A DNA stretch of 64,000 bases, from assembly GCA_965207375.1 (NCBI GenBank), contig CBDBMG010000003.1:64001-128000 (forward strand), written 5' to 3'. The stretch is from Nitrosopumilaceae archaeon (GTDB taxonomy: Archaea > Thermoproteota > Nitrososphaeria > Nitrososphaerales > Nitrosopumilaceae). Of this stretch, positions 25,201 to 38,546 are shown one piece after another. The notes below the pieces were generated by a model. It searched no databases and was not told the origin of the DNA. It saw nothing but the letters and a program-made list of their open reading frames with translations. Positions within the stretch are counted from its first letter, which is position 1. Each line of letters opens with the position of its first letter. The translations under genes and the position numbers were made by a program.

Positions 25201-27021
25201 AGCTGATATTAATGACTACCCTGCAGTCAATGAAGTATATAGTCAGTGTAAGTAGTTGGATCATGTGATCAATTATAGTAGCTCATGTGAAATCTATACT
25301 GTGTGTAGCAATATGATGAAGTGATAACCATGTAGTTAATATGTTATGCATGCACATGTACATGATGCTGTACATGTTACTTGACAACCTTTACCAGCAC
25401 TTGTATACATTCATGTCATTTGATAATCTAGCTATGCTCCTGTACATATATAAAACTTTGTTCAAATAGCTGAACAACATGTACGCACTACATGTTATCC
25501 TCAATGTGTTGTGCAATGATGTTGTATTTCCGATTGTGTAGATTTTACTAAAGACTATCCTAGCAGAAGTGCGGTTGCAGTTAGTGCTTTACCAAAGGTA
25601 ATCATAAATAGCTGTAGCTATAGCAACCGGGTTCATGCCACATAGCTAAATAGTACCCTCTATTGATATCATTGTCTGTCATGTTTTTGCAGGGTATAGG
25701 GAAATGTACACGTATATTAACAGATCATAGTTGATTTGTCACTGGTAGTGGCTGTTGTGAAACAGTATGTTTGTGGTATGAGAAGAAAGGTAACTTAGGG
25801 TACCCTTTAAAGTTTGACTCTGGTGAGACTTACACAACCTCTAAAGCAAGGCAAGTGACTCTGGGCAGGATTTCATGCACCTTGGCTCCTCATTTCCTCC
25901 ATGCTGAGTGATAGGCCCTGTATATTATGCTATAGTATATAAAGCAATAAATAAACAAATACGTAGCTCAGTATGAGACTAGCATGCAAAACCCCCATAG
26001 CTATGGATAGCTACTGCCAAGCCTCACAGCTATGCAGGCAGGGTCAGTTGTGCAGGCTAGGTCACACTTACTATCATGCAGTATAGCAATTAGTTATATA
26101 CATCATATCACATGTTGCTAGGTCACACTTACTATCATGCAGTATAGCAATTAGTTATATACATCATATCACATGTTGCTAGGTCACACTTACTATCATG
26201 CAGTATAGCAATTAGTTATATACATCATATCACATGTTGCTAGGTCACACTTACTATCATGCAGTATAGCAATTAGTTATATACATCATATCACATGTTG
26301 AAAGCAAGTAAATTTTATTTGTTGCTGCATCACTATGTCAACTCTCGATATCATGTGTACTCTAGTGGCGGCTAAATCATAAATTTACTTGATAGCAGGG
26401 TTAAAAGTGTCACATGACCCGGTCATTTGGGTCACTTTTTGTCCAGGTCTTGTGGGTCAACATTTTCAATGCAAAGTATCCAGGCAAAGTGACCCAGATT
26501 TTATTGAAATTTAGAAAATGGCGTCTGAAAGTTCAGACTGGCTTACATAGAAGTAACTAAAGCTGCCAGAACAAATGCCACCACAGGAAGTGTCGTCTCA
26601 AGTATGTGTGTTCTAAAGGTAGCTGTGCTCAGGAACAATTCTGTGATACTACTCTTAGTAAAGAGGTGTTTGGAATCACCTGTTGTTCTATTTGTAAAGT
26701 GTGTAGTTACTTTGTACAAAACAAGAGTAAATGGAGAAAAGAAATTCCTGGCACTAAAAATCCACTTAATCATTTATAGTGCTGTTCACACCAAGTGCAG
26801 GACTATGTGGGTTAATTAATTAATTAATTAAATATTTACAGTTTATAAGTGATTTTGATCTTAAAATCTGGGTCACATCAACACTTTCAACCCTGGAAAC
26901 CAATCAATTTGTCTGATCTATAGCCATATCTGTGTATATACTCATTTCTTGTACACTGCAGGCAGCCAAGGTGAAATTGGAAGCAATTGCTATTGTACAG
27001 AACAATGCTAGGATAAATTAA
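22277..27021 (+). CDS. RIDA: RidA/UK114/HRSP12 2-iminobutanoate/2-iminopropanoate deaminase, 7 exons (22277-22365, 22448-22508, 23556-23600, 23844-23898, 25179-25247, 25542-25597, 26962-27021)
   Basis: Spliced protein ...APKPIGPYNQAI...LSDQIGLDPN...DQTKQALNNMKNVLE...VVKVTIFLADINDYPAVNEVYSQYFTKDYPSRSAVAVSALPKAAKVKLEAIA...*; all introns GT-AG. Confidence 0.93.
26056..26299. repeat. 61-bp tandem repeat x4 (near perfect)
   Basis: Unit gctaggtcacacttactatcatgcagtatagcaattagttatatacatcatatcacatgtt. Confidence 0.95.
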
Positions 27022-27059
27022 TGTACAACTACGTAATGATACTGTTATGTTATTATTTA

Positions 27060-27927
27060 CTATTCCTGCTGATATACGCTACTACGTAAAGGTTTTGTTT
27101 TTGACACAAAGATCTGATAATTCACTGGAGGCTCTTCGGACAACGCCCTGTCTTTTGGAGGCTGGCTGCTGCGTCTTCTCGCTTCCTCTGCCTGTAGCAA
27201 CATTATTTAGTATATAAACTAGTCACAAGGAGCCATTAGTACGTACATGAACTAGTCACAAGGAGCCATACATTACGTACATGAACTAGTCACAAGGAGC
27301 CATACATTAGTACATGAACTAGTCACAAGGAGCCATACATTAGTATATGAACTAGTCACAAGGAGTTATACATTAGTACATGAACTAGTCACAAGGAGTC
27401 ATACATTAGTATATGAACTAGTCACAAGGAGTTATACATTACGTACATGAACTAGTCACAAGGAGTTATACATTAGTACATGAACTAGTCACAAGGAGTC
27501 ATACATTAGTATATGAACTAGTCACAAGGAGTTATACATTACGTACATGAACTAGTCACAAGGAGTTATACATTAGTACATGAACTAGTCACAAGGAGTT
27601 ACACATTAGTACATGAACTAGTCACAAGGAGCCATACATTAGTATATGAACTAGTCACAAGGAGTTACACATTAGTACATGAACTAGTCACAAGGAGTTA
27701 CACATTAGTACATGAACTAGTCACAAGGAGTTGCACATTAGTACATGAACTAGTCACAAGGAGTTACACATTAGTACATGAACTAGTCACAAGGAGCCAT
27801 ACATTAGTACATGAACTAGTCACAAGGAGCTATACATTAGCGTCGTTCATTGAAGTAGCGTCTGATAATATAGTAACTTCAGTAGCCATTCGTCAGGCAC
27901 GGATTCCGTTGAAGATGTACAACCCAT
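27060..27927 (-). pseudogene. Small two-exon gene of unknown function with an MGCTSS N-terminus (27927-27836, 27191-27060); needs a 1-nt frameshift
   Basis: ATG GGT TGT ACA TCT TCA...; exon 1 ends ...SMNDAN|GT; exon 2 after TACAG encodes AEEARRRSSQPPKDRALSEEPPVNYQIFVSKTKPLRSSVYQQE*. No family recognised. Confidence 0.4.
27208..27840. repeat. 33-bp minisatellite, ~19 copies
   Basis: Unit tacatgaactagtcacaaggag(tt/cc)a(c/t)acattag. Confidence 0.95.
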
Positions 27928-28082
27928 TGAGACAATGGCTGCTCTTACACCAAGTGAATATTCTCATAATCCTTGATGCTGTCTATTTATTAGCTGAGAT
28001 CTTAAAGAATAGTGAAAAGGAGCACAATTTTCTCACGTGATGTAAAACTGTTCGATTGTGGGATTGGAGCTTTTTGCCGAAG

Positions 28083-30624
28083 ATGTTACTAGATAACGAC
28101 TCGGTAAATGTTAACACGCTGTTTGTTTCAGTTTTCATTAAATACTAGTTTCTCACTGAACTCGGAAAATTATTCTCTAAAACTAGACACGTGGGCTCCC
28201 TTACCTTGACCATGAAAAAATGTAAGTTGTATAAAAATTATTCTGTATTTACACATTGTGTGCATCAAATAATCGATTTGCTTAACCTGTGGTGATAGAG
28301 CAATGATACACTAATGTAGATTCATGTTTAGTGAAAACATTCAGCTTCCATCACATATCATATAACAATATTGTGTTTATTGTTTCGACTCCAGTGCTCA
28401 GTTCTTCAGCACTGGAGCAGCTGTGTATTGCCTGTTTACATTCTATTGTGATAATTACTAAGGGTACTAAATGTATAGTTTTATGCAGGGGGCATATCAA
28501 GTTTCGATTACCATCGATAATTCTTGGATAATCATCAGTGTTGGTCATTTTGAGTGTATAATTACTGATACCCACAATACTTATTTTTCTAAAATTTAAA
28601 TATGAGTGTCACAAATACTAGCTGGTTAAAATAATTTTTATGCAACTTAACAATACAAAGACAGAAGTTGTAAGTTGTTTATTGCATAACGGTTGATACT
28701 TATACACTCATAATACAAGAATAATCAATAGGGACACACACCCTGCATAACAAGACTTAGCATGAAATAGACTTTGTACGAGGGGAGAGGTCTGCTACTA
28801 CACAATGTGATGTATGTAGAAGTCTTTTGTGTTCACCAAATAAGGGCATGCGGCATGCATATTCATGTGATTTATTATGAAACAGTTTTATGACAATAAT
28901 ACAGAGGTTATAACCTGATTCCAGAATCATACCAGTTGTGATTTGAAATCATATGATATCCCTTGACTTTGCTAATACTGTTCTCTACTGTCTATTGTAA
29001 GTCTATTGTACTTGTCAGACAATGGACGTAGTAAGCCATGTCCAAGGACAAAGTCACGCAATCAATATCTTCGTGAACCAGAGGAGAACCTTTGCCTATT
29101 AAGAGCTAGTAATGGGAAAAAGAAGATATCAACTGTGGTAAGATGATGAATGTTATTGTGAAGAAAATTGTAAAATTATTTGTAGATAAGCCATCGAGAG
29201 GTGACAAGATTTCAAATGGTTAGTAAATAATGTAATTATATTATAATTAGCTAGCATATTATGGTAATTATAAATTGAAATACTAATTACTGCAATGAAT
29301 AGTGAATCCAATATTGAAATACCTGTACTAACAGATCACTATAGTTTGAAATAGTGATGCACTGATACACATAAATTGAATACCGATGCCAATACTGATA
29401 TACAAAATATAAGAATTAACATGGCCGATATCAGTACTTCAGTAATTAATGTCTACTTTTGGCATTCAGTGTTTTCAGGGAATAAGAGATCAGCCATACA
29501 AGGGGGTGTCACTCCCGTACCTTCTGTACTAACATCTGTGACCGCGGTCAAAATTGAAGTCAAGAGTCAAGCATAAAAAGCCAGTAAGTCAAAGGATAAG
29601 CAGTGTTGGTGAAGGTTCTTTAGGTCAACAGTCAACGTGCTATGCAAATAGTCAAATACCACAATCAATACTAACGTAGTGGATGAAGTTTCACGGTTTA
29701 GTTTATGGGAACACGTGCGAAATATATTAGTCGCAAAGAATTGTATTACAGTCAAAGTTCAGACGAAAAATGTAGCAGTCAAAGGTCAAGCGTCATTTTC
29801 AGTGAAAGTCAAAGGTCAAGAGCCATATTCCATTTTGACCAAGTTTGACCGCAGTCACAGATGTTAGTACAGAAGGTACGGGAGTGACATCCCCTTGAGC
29901 CATACTTGCAATAGAAGACAATTAAGATTGCTTTCATGACCTATGTATTATGCTGAAAAGTTAGACTGCTTCATTGGAGTATATCAATTAAGTAATGTGC
30001 ACGGTGACTGTTCTATTAGAGTATAACGATCTTTTGCTGTTTGATGCCAACACTCCCATCATTACGCTAATGCTTTTAGCTACCTATTATGCTAGTCTTA
30101 TGTGGCCAAACCTTTTGCACAGGCAGTATTGATTTTAGAGGTGATAAGCGCCCTTGTGAAATGGGTCTGGAACAGTTCACAGACCTTACTGGATTTTTAG
30201 TTTATAGGTGTCAACTGATTCAAAGGTATGGTTAAACTTTACTACTTAATGCTGAATCAACAGCTAATGAGTTCATAATTCACGTGTTTTGACACACTTG
30301 CCATTGATATCTGGACATCTGGTACAACACAGCAAAATTCCGTCACTATAAATATCTACGTATGGAAGAATGGGAACTTCCTTCTAGCGACATGCACTAA
30401 AAGGTGGGCACACAACTGTAATGAGGATAGCCGATGACGTATGTACATGTTGTTAAGCATGTAACTTATCTGTATTAAGTGTGTATTATCTATGCTTTAA
30501 TGGTTCTTTATTACTTTAATGATTCTATCTTTAGGCCTACGCTAATCTATTAAAGGTCAATATGGATGCACTGAAGAAACATGACAAACGGACTAAAACA
30601 CAAAAGACTAAAGCAACTCATTAG
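28083..30624 (+). CDS. SRP14: Signal recognition particle 14 kDa protein, 5 exons (28083-28103, 28149-28221, 29019-29137, 29186-29218, 30535-30624)
   Basis: MLLDNDSFLTELGKLFSKTRHVGSLTLTMKKYNGRSKP...NLCLLRASNGKKKISTVISHREVTRFQMAYANLLKVNMDALKKHDKRTKTQKTKATH*, collinear with SRP14; GT-AG introns. Confidence 0.95.
29499..29897. mobile_element. P-superfamily-like MITE in SRP14 intron 4
   Basis: ~55-bp TIRs CAAGGGGGTGTCACTCCCGTACC...; perfect 7-bp TSD AGCCATA (29492-29498, 29898-29904). Confidence 0.88.
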
Positions 30625-30884
30625 CCATTCTAAAATGATCAGTGTAGTAACTACCATATTTAGCCATGTATGTATGTGTATATGCTGCTTAAGTTACTGT
30701 GTGTATGCACAGGCAGAAATTTGAGGCATAAATTATGAGTACAACAGTTAATAACGCAAATGTTGAAGTCTGTTTACCCATATGTGATCCCAAAGTACAT
30801 GCACTACACACGGCAGTCTTACGTACATTAAATATACTAGCAATATAGTTGTAAATAGTTAGCTATTTAGAATAAATACATATA

Positions 30885-31094
30885 TGTGATCAGGCCTGAG
30901 AAAACAGAGGTCTTACCTACACATAAAATTCAGTCTACTTGATTGAAAACTCTTTCCTAACGGTATCTTAACACAAATTTTATCATATATGCAGAAATTC
31001 CTAAGGAATTTAATAACTTAAGATTTTAAATAGTGCACACAGAAAGAGATAGATACCATAGTGTGATAGGACTGGTTTTCTCAGGCCCGGTCAC
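30885..31094. mobile_element. MITE, TGTGAC family
   Basis: tgtgatcaggcctgagaaaac / gttttctcaggcccggtcaca. Confidence 0.75.
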
Positions 31095-31211
31095 ATAATA
31101 AATTATACTCAAATATACAATTGATGGTACGTAGCAATATAGTTGTACATAGTTATTTACAATATATACATATATACAGTCATATATAATATTGATGGTA
31201 GCAATATAGTT

Positions 31212-31608
31212 ATTACGTAAGCGCCTGTAACATTTTGTGCACCTGCTAAAAGATTATTAAATGCTTAGCATGTATAAAAGTGAACAAGCTAGAATGATAA
31301 AAAATTAAAAATTTAAAAAAATAAGTAGGGATTGAATTTTGGATTCAATAGTGCTACAAAAAGTAAGGAAACAAGGAATAAGATTTTGGGACGAGAGAAC
31401 ATTCTGGCATGAGATAATTTATAAAAGTTTAATCCCTACTTTTGGCTCACTTTATAGGTTTGCCAAAAGTAGGGATTAAATTATCTCATGCCAGAATGTT
31501 CTCTCCTCCCAAAATCTTACTCCTTGTTTCCTTACTTTTTATAGCACTATTGAATCCAAAATTCAATCCCTACTTACTTTTTAAATTTTTAATTTTTTAT
31601 CATTCTAG
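31212..31608 (+). repeat. Second copy of the leader-plus-palindrome unit (cf. 7528-7935)
   Basis: Starts attacgtaagcgcctgtaac; palindrome 31289-31608 ending CTAG|T. Confidence 0.9.
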
Positions 31609-32817
31609 TTAATAACAAGGATATCATACGAGTGAATGGGGAATAACTTGTTTATCTCTCACAAAGTTTGTTTGCTTGTACTAGATAGTTTGTCACAAAA
31701 GGTGTTTGTGTGTACAAACTTTGTTGTTAGCTGTAAATAGGTGTTAAAACTACAACATTAAAGGTTTCTGGGTAGGGAGATACTATAGTTATCACACTAT
31801 GGTAACTATAATATCTCCCTGGCGGCTTCTTTGATCTGCCCACGCACTGGGAGATAATGAACTATAAATTGATGCAATAGCTAGCTATCTGATGAAATGT
31901 AAAATTACTCTGCAGAGCTACCTACGCATTTCATGATGATCTGCACTTTCTAAGGGTACAGTTTTTACAATTGGGCTAACATGTTTAAATAAAATATTCG
32001 ACTAGCTGGCTACGTATTTATCTAGTTACACACCTTTTGCTTGAATGGCCAAGTGAGTAAGTCATCATAATCTGATTTCATTATCACCAGGAACAAAGAT
32101 ACTTGCCCTGACCATCGCCATCAAGGTACAGTCTGAGACACATCCGGTAGCCATGTAAAGAAGTAAAAAATGGTGGGCTATAAAGACTCAAAATTTTGCC
32201 AGTCTTAGCCTCTTCAATTCTTTTCTCTACCTCATTCACCTTCCATATAAGAATACTATTAATACTCCGTACAGCAAGGAGGTCTACTTTCAGCCCCACT
32301 TCATTCACCATACCATTGACCTGAGTAATTGCATTAGTGCACTGGTTCATTTCCGTTTGCAATGTGCCAACAGTTTCAGTGTTCTCTTCAACCTTCAGAT
32401 TAATAGCATCAATTTGACGAGCTAATACATCAAAACTGTTTTGCAGTGAGCGAATGTTGCCTTCGAAATGAGCTACGTCTGAAGAGTGTACACCATATGG
32501 TTTAGCTGCTGGTCCACTACCAATTCTGCTAACATTCTCAGTTAAATTATCGATTTGCTCACTGTGCCGGGAGGTTACTTCAGTAATTTGTTGTTTCAAG
32601 ATTACCATACTGTTTTCATACTGTCTAATAAGCTCCTTCTGCTGTTCATACATTTCACGCATTGATTTAAGTTCACTGTGAACATCTATTAACTCCTTTT
32701 GAAAATGTGTACTATCTTGTTGATTTTTATGCAAAATGTCCTTTACATGAAGTACTGAGTGTTGCAATAGTTGACCAGGTTTAACCTGTACACAAATGCG
32801 TAATATTATGTAAAAAG

Positions 32818-32939
<122 letters not shown>

Positions 32940-33275
32940 GTACATGCATACATATAGTACGTATGTACCACCTGTAGCTACTGCCACACATTCAGCTAAG
33001 TTATATAACATTTGTAAATCTTTTAAATTAAACATTAACAGCTTCTACAAATAATACAACTATTACTTAGGTGAAATTGCTAATTCTAAAACTAGCGGCC
33101 ATAACCATATAAATGCTTTCTAACAGAGCAATCAGTGAGCAAAAACCGACCATGTTAACACCTAAACTGAAATCCATTTTATTGGACAAAATCGTAGTTA
33201 CACTCAAGAACTACCTATGTACTGTATGTAGCTACAGTGTCTCTACTGTACATATACATAGTTATGTATACAGAG

Positions 33276-33650
33276 TAGGGATGCCACGATATAATAAAAT
33301 TTTCTATGTCATATGTCATGGAGAATTATGTCACAACATAAACTTATTAATTTTAGTTTTCACAACACTTTTATACATATAATCAGTGCATTTAAGATTG
33401 ATGTTAAAACACTTTTGTTTTACGTAGTCTGCAAAAATATTGACATAAGCATCAACAATATTTAACAATAATCATTATAACAAAAGCATTGCTCATATTT
33501 TCTACTGCTTATTACATCATAATGAATAAAAAAGTGTGCATTATTAATAGTTATCTATGTCATGACATAAAACAAGCTGTCATATCATATATCATGGAAT
33601 TTTATGTCACAACATGTCGTACGTATATCACGACTATCCCGGCATCCCTA
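33276..33650. mobile_element. hAT-type MITE
   Basis: TAGGGATGCC...GGCATCCCTA TIRs with perfect 8-bp TSD ATACAGAG (33268-33275, 33651-33658). Confidence 0.9.
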
Positions 33651-35962
33651 ATACAGAGCTCTGTGTATCACCAGCAATTAATGACTCACTTTGGTCCTAC
33701 AGTTAAGAGCTTCTCTCAGTGGACATGATAACAGTGCTTTGGTACACCGACCACCATAAACGTGCTCATTTAACTGTTGAATAAAATAAGTAGTTGTTAG
33801 TGTAGCAAAATAAGTATGTCTATAAATTATATCTCGAGCTCATAATAAATATAAATATGTACTCAAGACTCACAGTATTAAGTTCTGTAACCAAGGAAAA
33901 CAGTGATGACTACTGAATGATTTTTATACATAGGTATTGCAAAAATATCATAACAAAACTCATTTTCCACACCTTGTGTTTTATCTTAACTTATTAAGTG
34001 TGCCGTGCAATATACCGTATAGCTAGCACAAAATTCTAAAACTTTTATTCAACCAAATGTATCTTTATTTTTGTAAAATCCTCAACTACCGGATAAAAGG
34101 TTCGCTTGTACGTACATACATGACCACAAATACCATCAATAAAGACACACTAACATGGACTTTATTTTACCACAGCTATCGGACAGCTATGGTCTCGAGT
34201 GGCTAGACCATTTTGTTGCGGGGCACTTATAGATTGGAAGTGCCCTGCAGCACTAGCTTGAGACTACCACAGCTACAGCTGATTGGTCACATGGCAACTT
34301 TTGTAAGGAAGCTCTAGTCTGTGTATGGCAGCATCCCAAATATTTTTGATTCGTGATAACCTTGAACTACACTTTCTACCAAAAACACCACTATTTATCA
34401 TGTGACTCTAAAATTATCGATTGTGGGCGAGTTAATGAAGGATGATTTGCCAAAGTTTTCAGCTTGCTAATACCTCAGGTACTTAAGATTCATCAAAGTT
34501 TCCTCACCAAAATCCCTCTTACTTAAATTCGCCAAAGTTTTTATACGGTATACATATGTAATTACAATTATGTGATAATAGTGATGCCAAATATATCGTG
34601 ATATTTTTCACTGTTGTGTTAGGAACATTTGACAATGATGTATTGTTAAGGAGGCATAGTACATACTAGTTAAAGCACCATTACGAGTGCTGTACGATAA
34701 AATACAGCACGAGGGGTGGGGGCGAGTGGCAAATACAGCACGAGGCGAAGTATACGGTGCTTTTACTGATTTGTTGGTTTTGCGTGGGAGGATTAGTAAG
34801 TATTTTTGTAGTGAAGGCAGTGGTGAGATGCTTTTAGGCAGGTTAGTACTACAAGTTGACGAACCGTGATGCTTTATAAGCACTTACCTTGATGCTTTGC
34901 CGTTCAGTGCAATGTCGAATGGGTGTACTGTTATCTCGACTGTTATAATTTTTCGACACAACGATGCAATGAGCTTATTGCGAAGCCGGGCTTAATAGCA
35001 GATACGATTCTTGTAAACCAGCTTGTTGATCTGGTAAGATTGCTTATTTTCATGCTAGCTAATAATCTTTGTAAATCAATTTAAGGCGGGTGACAAGAAT
35101 CCATAAGGCGGGCAACAATTATCAAGGGGGTTGTATACGCAGTAGTTGCAAACTATAATTAAAATAACAGTACTGTATTTGCTGACCACCGTGCTGTATT
35201 TGCTATACAGTACACTTGATGTTTTATGGCATATATAGTATCAATTTTATATTTGATCCTCCCACGCACAAACCAACAAATTATATAAAAGGCTTCCCAC
35301 AGTACAATATTGGCTTCATATGGTCCACATGAAGTTTTCTTCCTTAAAACATAAAAACATCAAATGTTCAGCATGCGAGTCAGACAATGTTCCAATTATA
35401 AGCGCCTTAGCTGAGTACAGCAGTTTAATCAATTGAATTGAATAATGGTGTCCATAAAGAGCTCGCACCTTCTTTGATAAAATGAAAATACAAGGTTGAA
35501 AGTTCTTTAAGTATTACGCACAGGGATTACATGTATAAGCACATATGCATACAAAGCAAAAATGGAGCATGTGATTTCCTTATACTCAGTTTTTATAAAA
35601 TAATTGCACTATGAAAGAAGCCTTCTACTGCAAAAATTTTCCTGCAAATACTCATTTTATACACAAACTGTGAAAGTTCATCCACTTAAAAGTTTTGCTG
35701 AATATAGTAGGTAGCTACACATTTAGCTACTAGCTAGGTATATGAACGTGAACAGCCTATATGAATTACGCCATTGAATTGAACTTACATTGCATTAGCT
35801 AGCTACAACACCTGGAAATAATTTTGTATAATAGACTGACCTGTTGTTTAGATTCACAAGATGTCTTACAGAAAGGACAGCTTGAATCTTTGCGGTTTTC
35901 ACACTCTAACAGATGCTCCTAAACATATAAAAATTATATGTAACAATTAGCATACAATATAT

Positions 35963-36743
35963 GGTACCGCTCAGAGGTAACTTTGCACTCACTCACGAAT
36001 ATTTGTCGAGCAAACAGCATATCTTGATTGAGTTTCGTGTGTTGATTTGCTCGCAAGGCACTTGAAGCTGTAAAGTGATGAGTACTCAAAATAAACTCGA
36101 GTGCACAATTTTGCATGTATGTACATATGTACTGTACGTGATAGTCTTAGTGGTAGATGCAAGTAGACGAGTAAGCTACTCAACTCATCAAGTGTGAATC
36201 GTAATTTCACAAGTCAACTTTAGTTTCCTTAAGATATAACTACTACATAACCTGTGGCAAAAGCCTAACATGCCTAAAGATATTAATCTATCAACTCTAT
36301 TGCTTAGTTAATTAGTTCAAATTGCTTGAAAATATTAAGATACACTTAGTGCATTGTTCTATGATTGTTTGCGACTCTAAAATGATGAAATAAATCCAGT
36401 TTTGATCACTAACGAATAGAAGAATGAGCAAAATTGATGTGCAGAGACCAATACAATGACTCCATTGCAAAATGTGCCACTATGTTTTTTGCGCATGCCC
36501 AAGTATTATTCCATTTAAAGCATAGCATATGGTTTCAATAATAAATCTCGAGTGAAAGTAGCTACCTAGTGATTCAAACTTAAACTTTATTTTGTGAATA
36601 TGATTATATGCGAGTATCTTTGAGTGAGTAAGCTCTCACGTGTTATACCCTCAATGGTTGCTCGAGAGTAATCGAGGCATATCGAGCATTCAAATGGCGA
36701 GTGTAAGTTGCAAGCGAGTGCAAAGTTACCTCTGAGCGATACC
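35963..36743. mobile_element. MITE with ~30-bp TIRs
   Basis: ggtaccgctcagaggtaactttgcactc / gagtgcaaagttacctctgagcgatacc; right flank TTAA. Confidence 0.75.
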
Positions 36744-38546
36744 TTAACAATGGCAGTAGATTAACTATATATAGCACCTGGTTTTTAGATGGTAAAACAT
36801 CATCTTGTGATAAAAATTCTTAAAGACTTTATGTATCAGCAAAATTCATGAATCCACGTCCTACGTAGTATGTACATACTGTGTTACTAACAAGTTGCAC
36901 TTGACTAACTAAAGAATATTGTGATGCATGCCAAGTACGGTAAAGCTCAATTTAAACTTCACATACGCATGTGGGTACACACGTACAAGCACACGTCTTA
37001 CGCATGTAAAAGTTTATAATGTGGAGTGTATCTTCTTTGTTACATGCGGATTTGTTCTCCAGGTGAACTAAGCGTTAGAATACATGTGGTCATCTGTATA
37101 TCTCCGTAAATTTATTCGAAAGTGTAACACTGTTAACATTACCAGCTCTAACCTTATAAAAGGTACGTATGCTCTCTGTGGTACAGTAGTACTGAAGTAC
37201 ACATGCATATGCTAAGTCAGCATGCACACCAATGAAATATGCAAAATGTGTAGGAAAAACACGTGTGCTCATGCAAACCAAATGTACGAGTGCAGTTTTA
37301 AAGATGCACGTGCGCTATTCATGTAAATCATGATGCACATGGCAGCAGACTAACATCTCGTGTGTACACGCGTGCACCTATGTAACATGCATTTTTACGT
37401 TATTGATCTTTCATGCACACACAGGCTATTTTGCGAGTATTTTCAGAGGCATGTTGAGTCGTGTAATTGCCTCACATGTATGTAGCCAAGTTTAAATTGA
37501 ACTGTACTGTACACTCAAATGGTTTATATGTACATACAATATGCTGCTTGTAAGCAACTGTGTTAAGTGTATAATGTGCATGCAAGATATCCGATTTGTG
37601 GACATATAGCTTTAGCCATGCCTTGAGTAGTGCACATAAAATTTGCCAAGTACACGATTATGCAAAACTCAAAATAATGGTCTGTCACAGGTGATTTACC
37701 GGCACACTTTAGTATATGACCGAGCAAAGTCCAATTCTATAGGACAAATTTACTGTATATTTCCAATGGGGAAACCAATAATAACATTCCTATTTTGATG
37801 AATAAATGACCAACTTTTAACCCATATTTTGAGAACCGTTGATGAGAAAGTTGTTCATCTTTCTTTGCAACTGGAGCCTGCTCTTCTTTTAAATGATTTG
37901 CTACATATGTACCACAATCACCTATGTACGTATGTATATAACTGAAGTATTACAGTACATTTACTAATGTGCAACTGCCGAAAAATCTCCCTTGAAATGA
38001 ATGACTAATACAATGCTTATACGTATGTACGTATATGCCACTTATAGATATGTTCTATAGTGGTGGGAGTGCATTAAAACAAAGCTGGTTGTGACAACCT
38101 ATCCTAAAAACTAAGCTATGCACTGAATACATTTATAATTTATCCAAAAGGTTAGGGTACAGTATAACTTACATTTTAAACTACTATTCATGTATTTACA
38201 CAGGTAAGCAAGTCGCAAAAGCAATTACAAGCCATACCCAGCCAATAATACAGTTCTATTTATGTATGTACATACATATGTACCTGTAACATGGCAACTT
38301 GCACTTGCTGTAGGCAAAACTGACACCCGATATTCCTGAGAAGACAGTCTGTCTTCAAGTGTTGTGGTAGCTTAGATCTTAACATGGTAGCTCCGCAGAA
38401 TAATGTGCAATGGACTTCCAGATTACCACACTCAGTATAGTGTTTCTACACAATACCACCATACAAATTACCACACAAGTAAGTACACATGTATACACCA
38501 CAATATATACATATGTACATACATAATAAGATTGTATACAAATATA

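Noticed and set aside
27208-27840. 33-bp repeat array as CRISPR
   Set aside because: Head-to-tail units with no spacers: a minisatellite.
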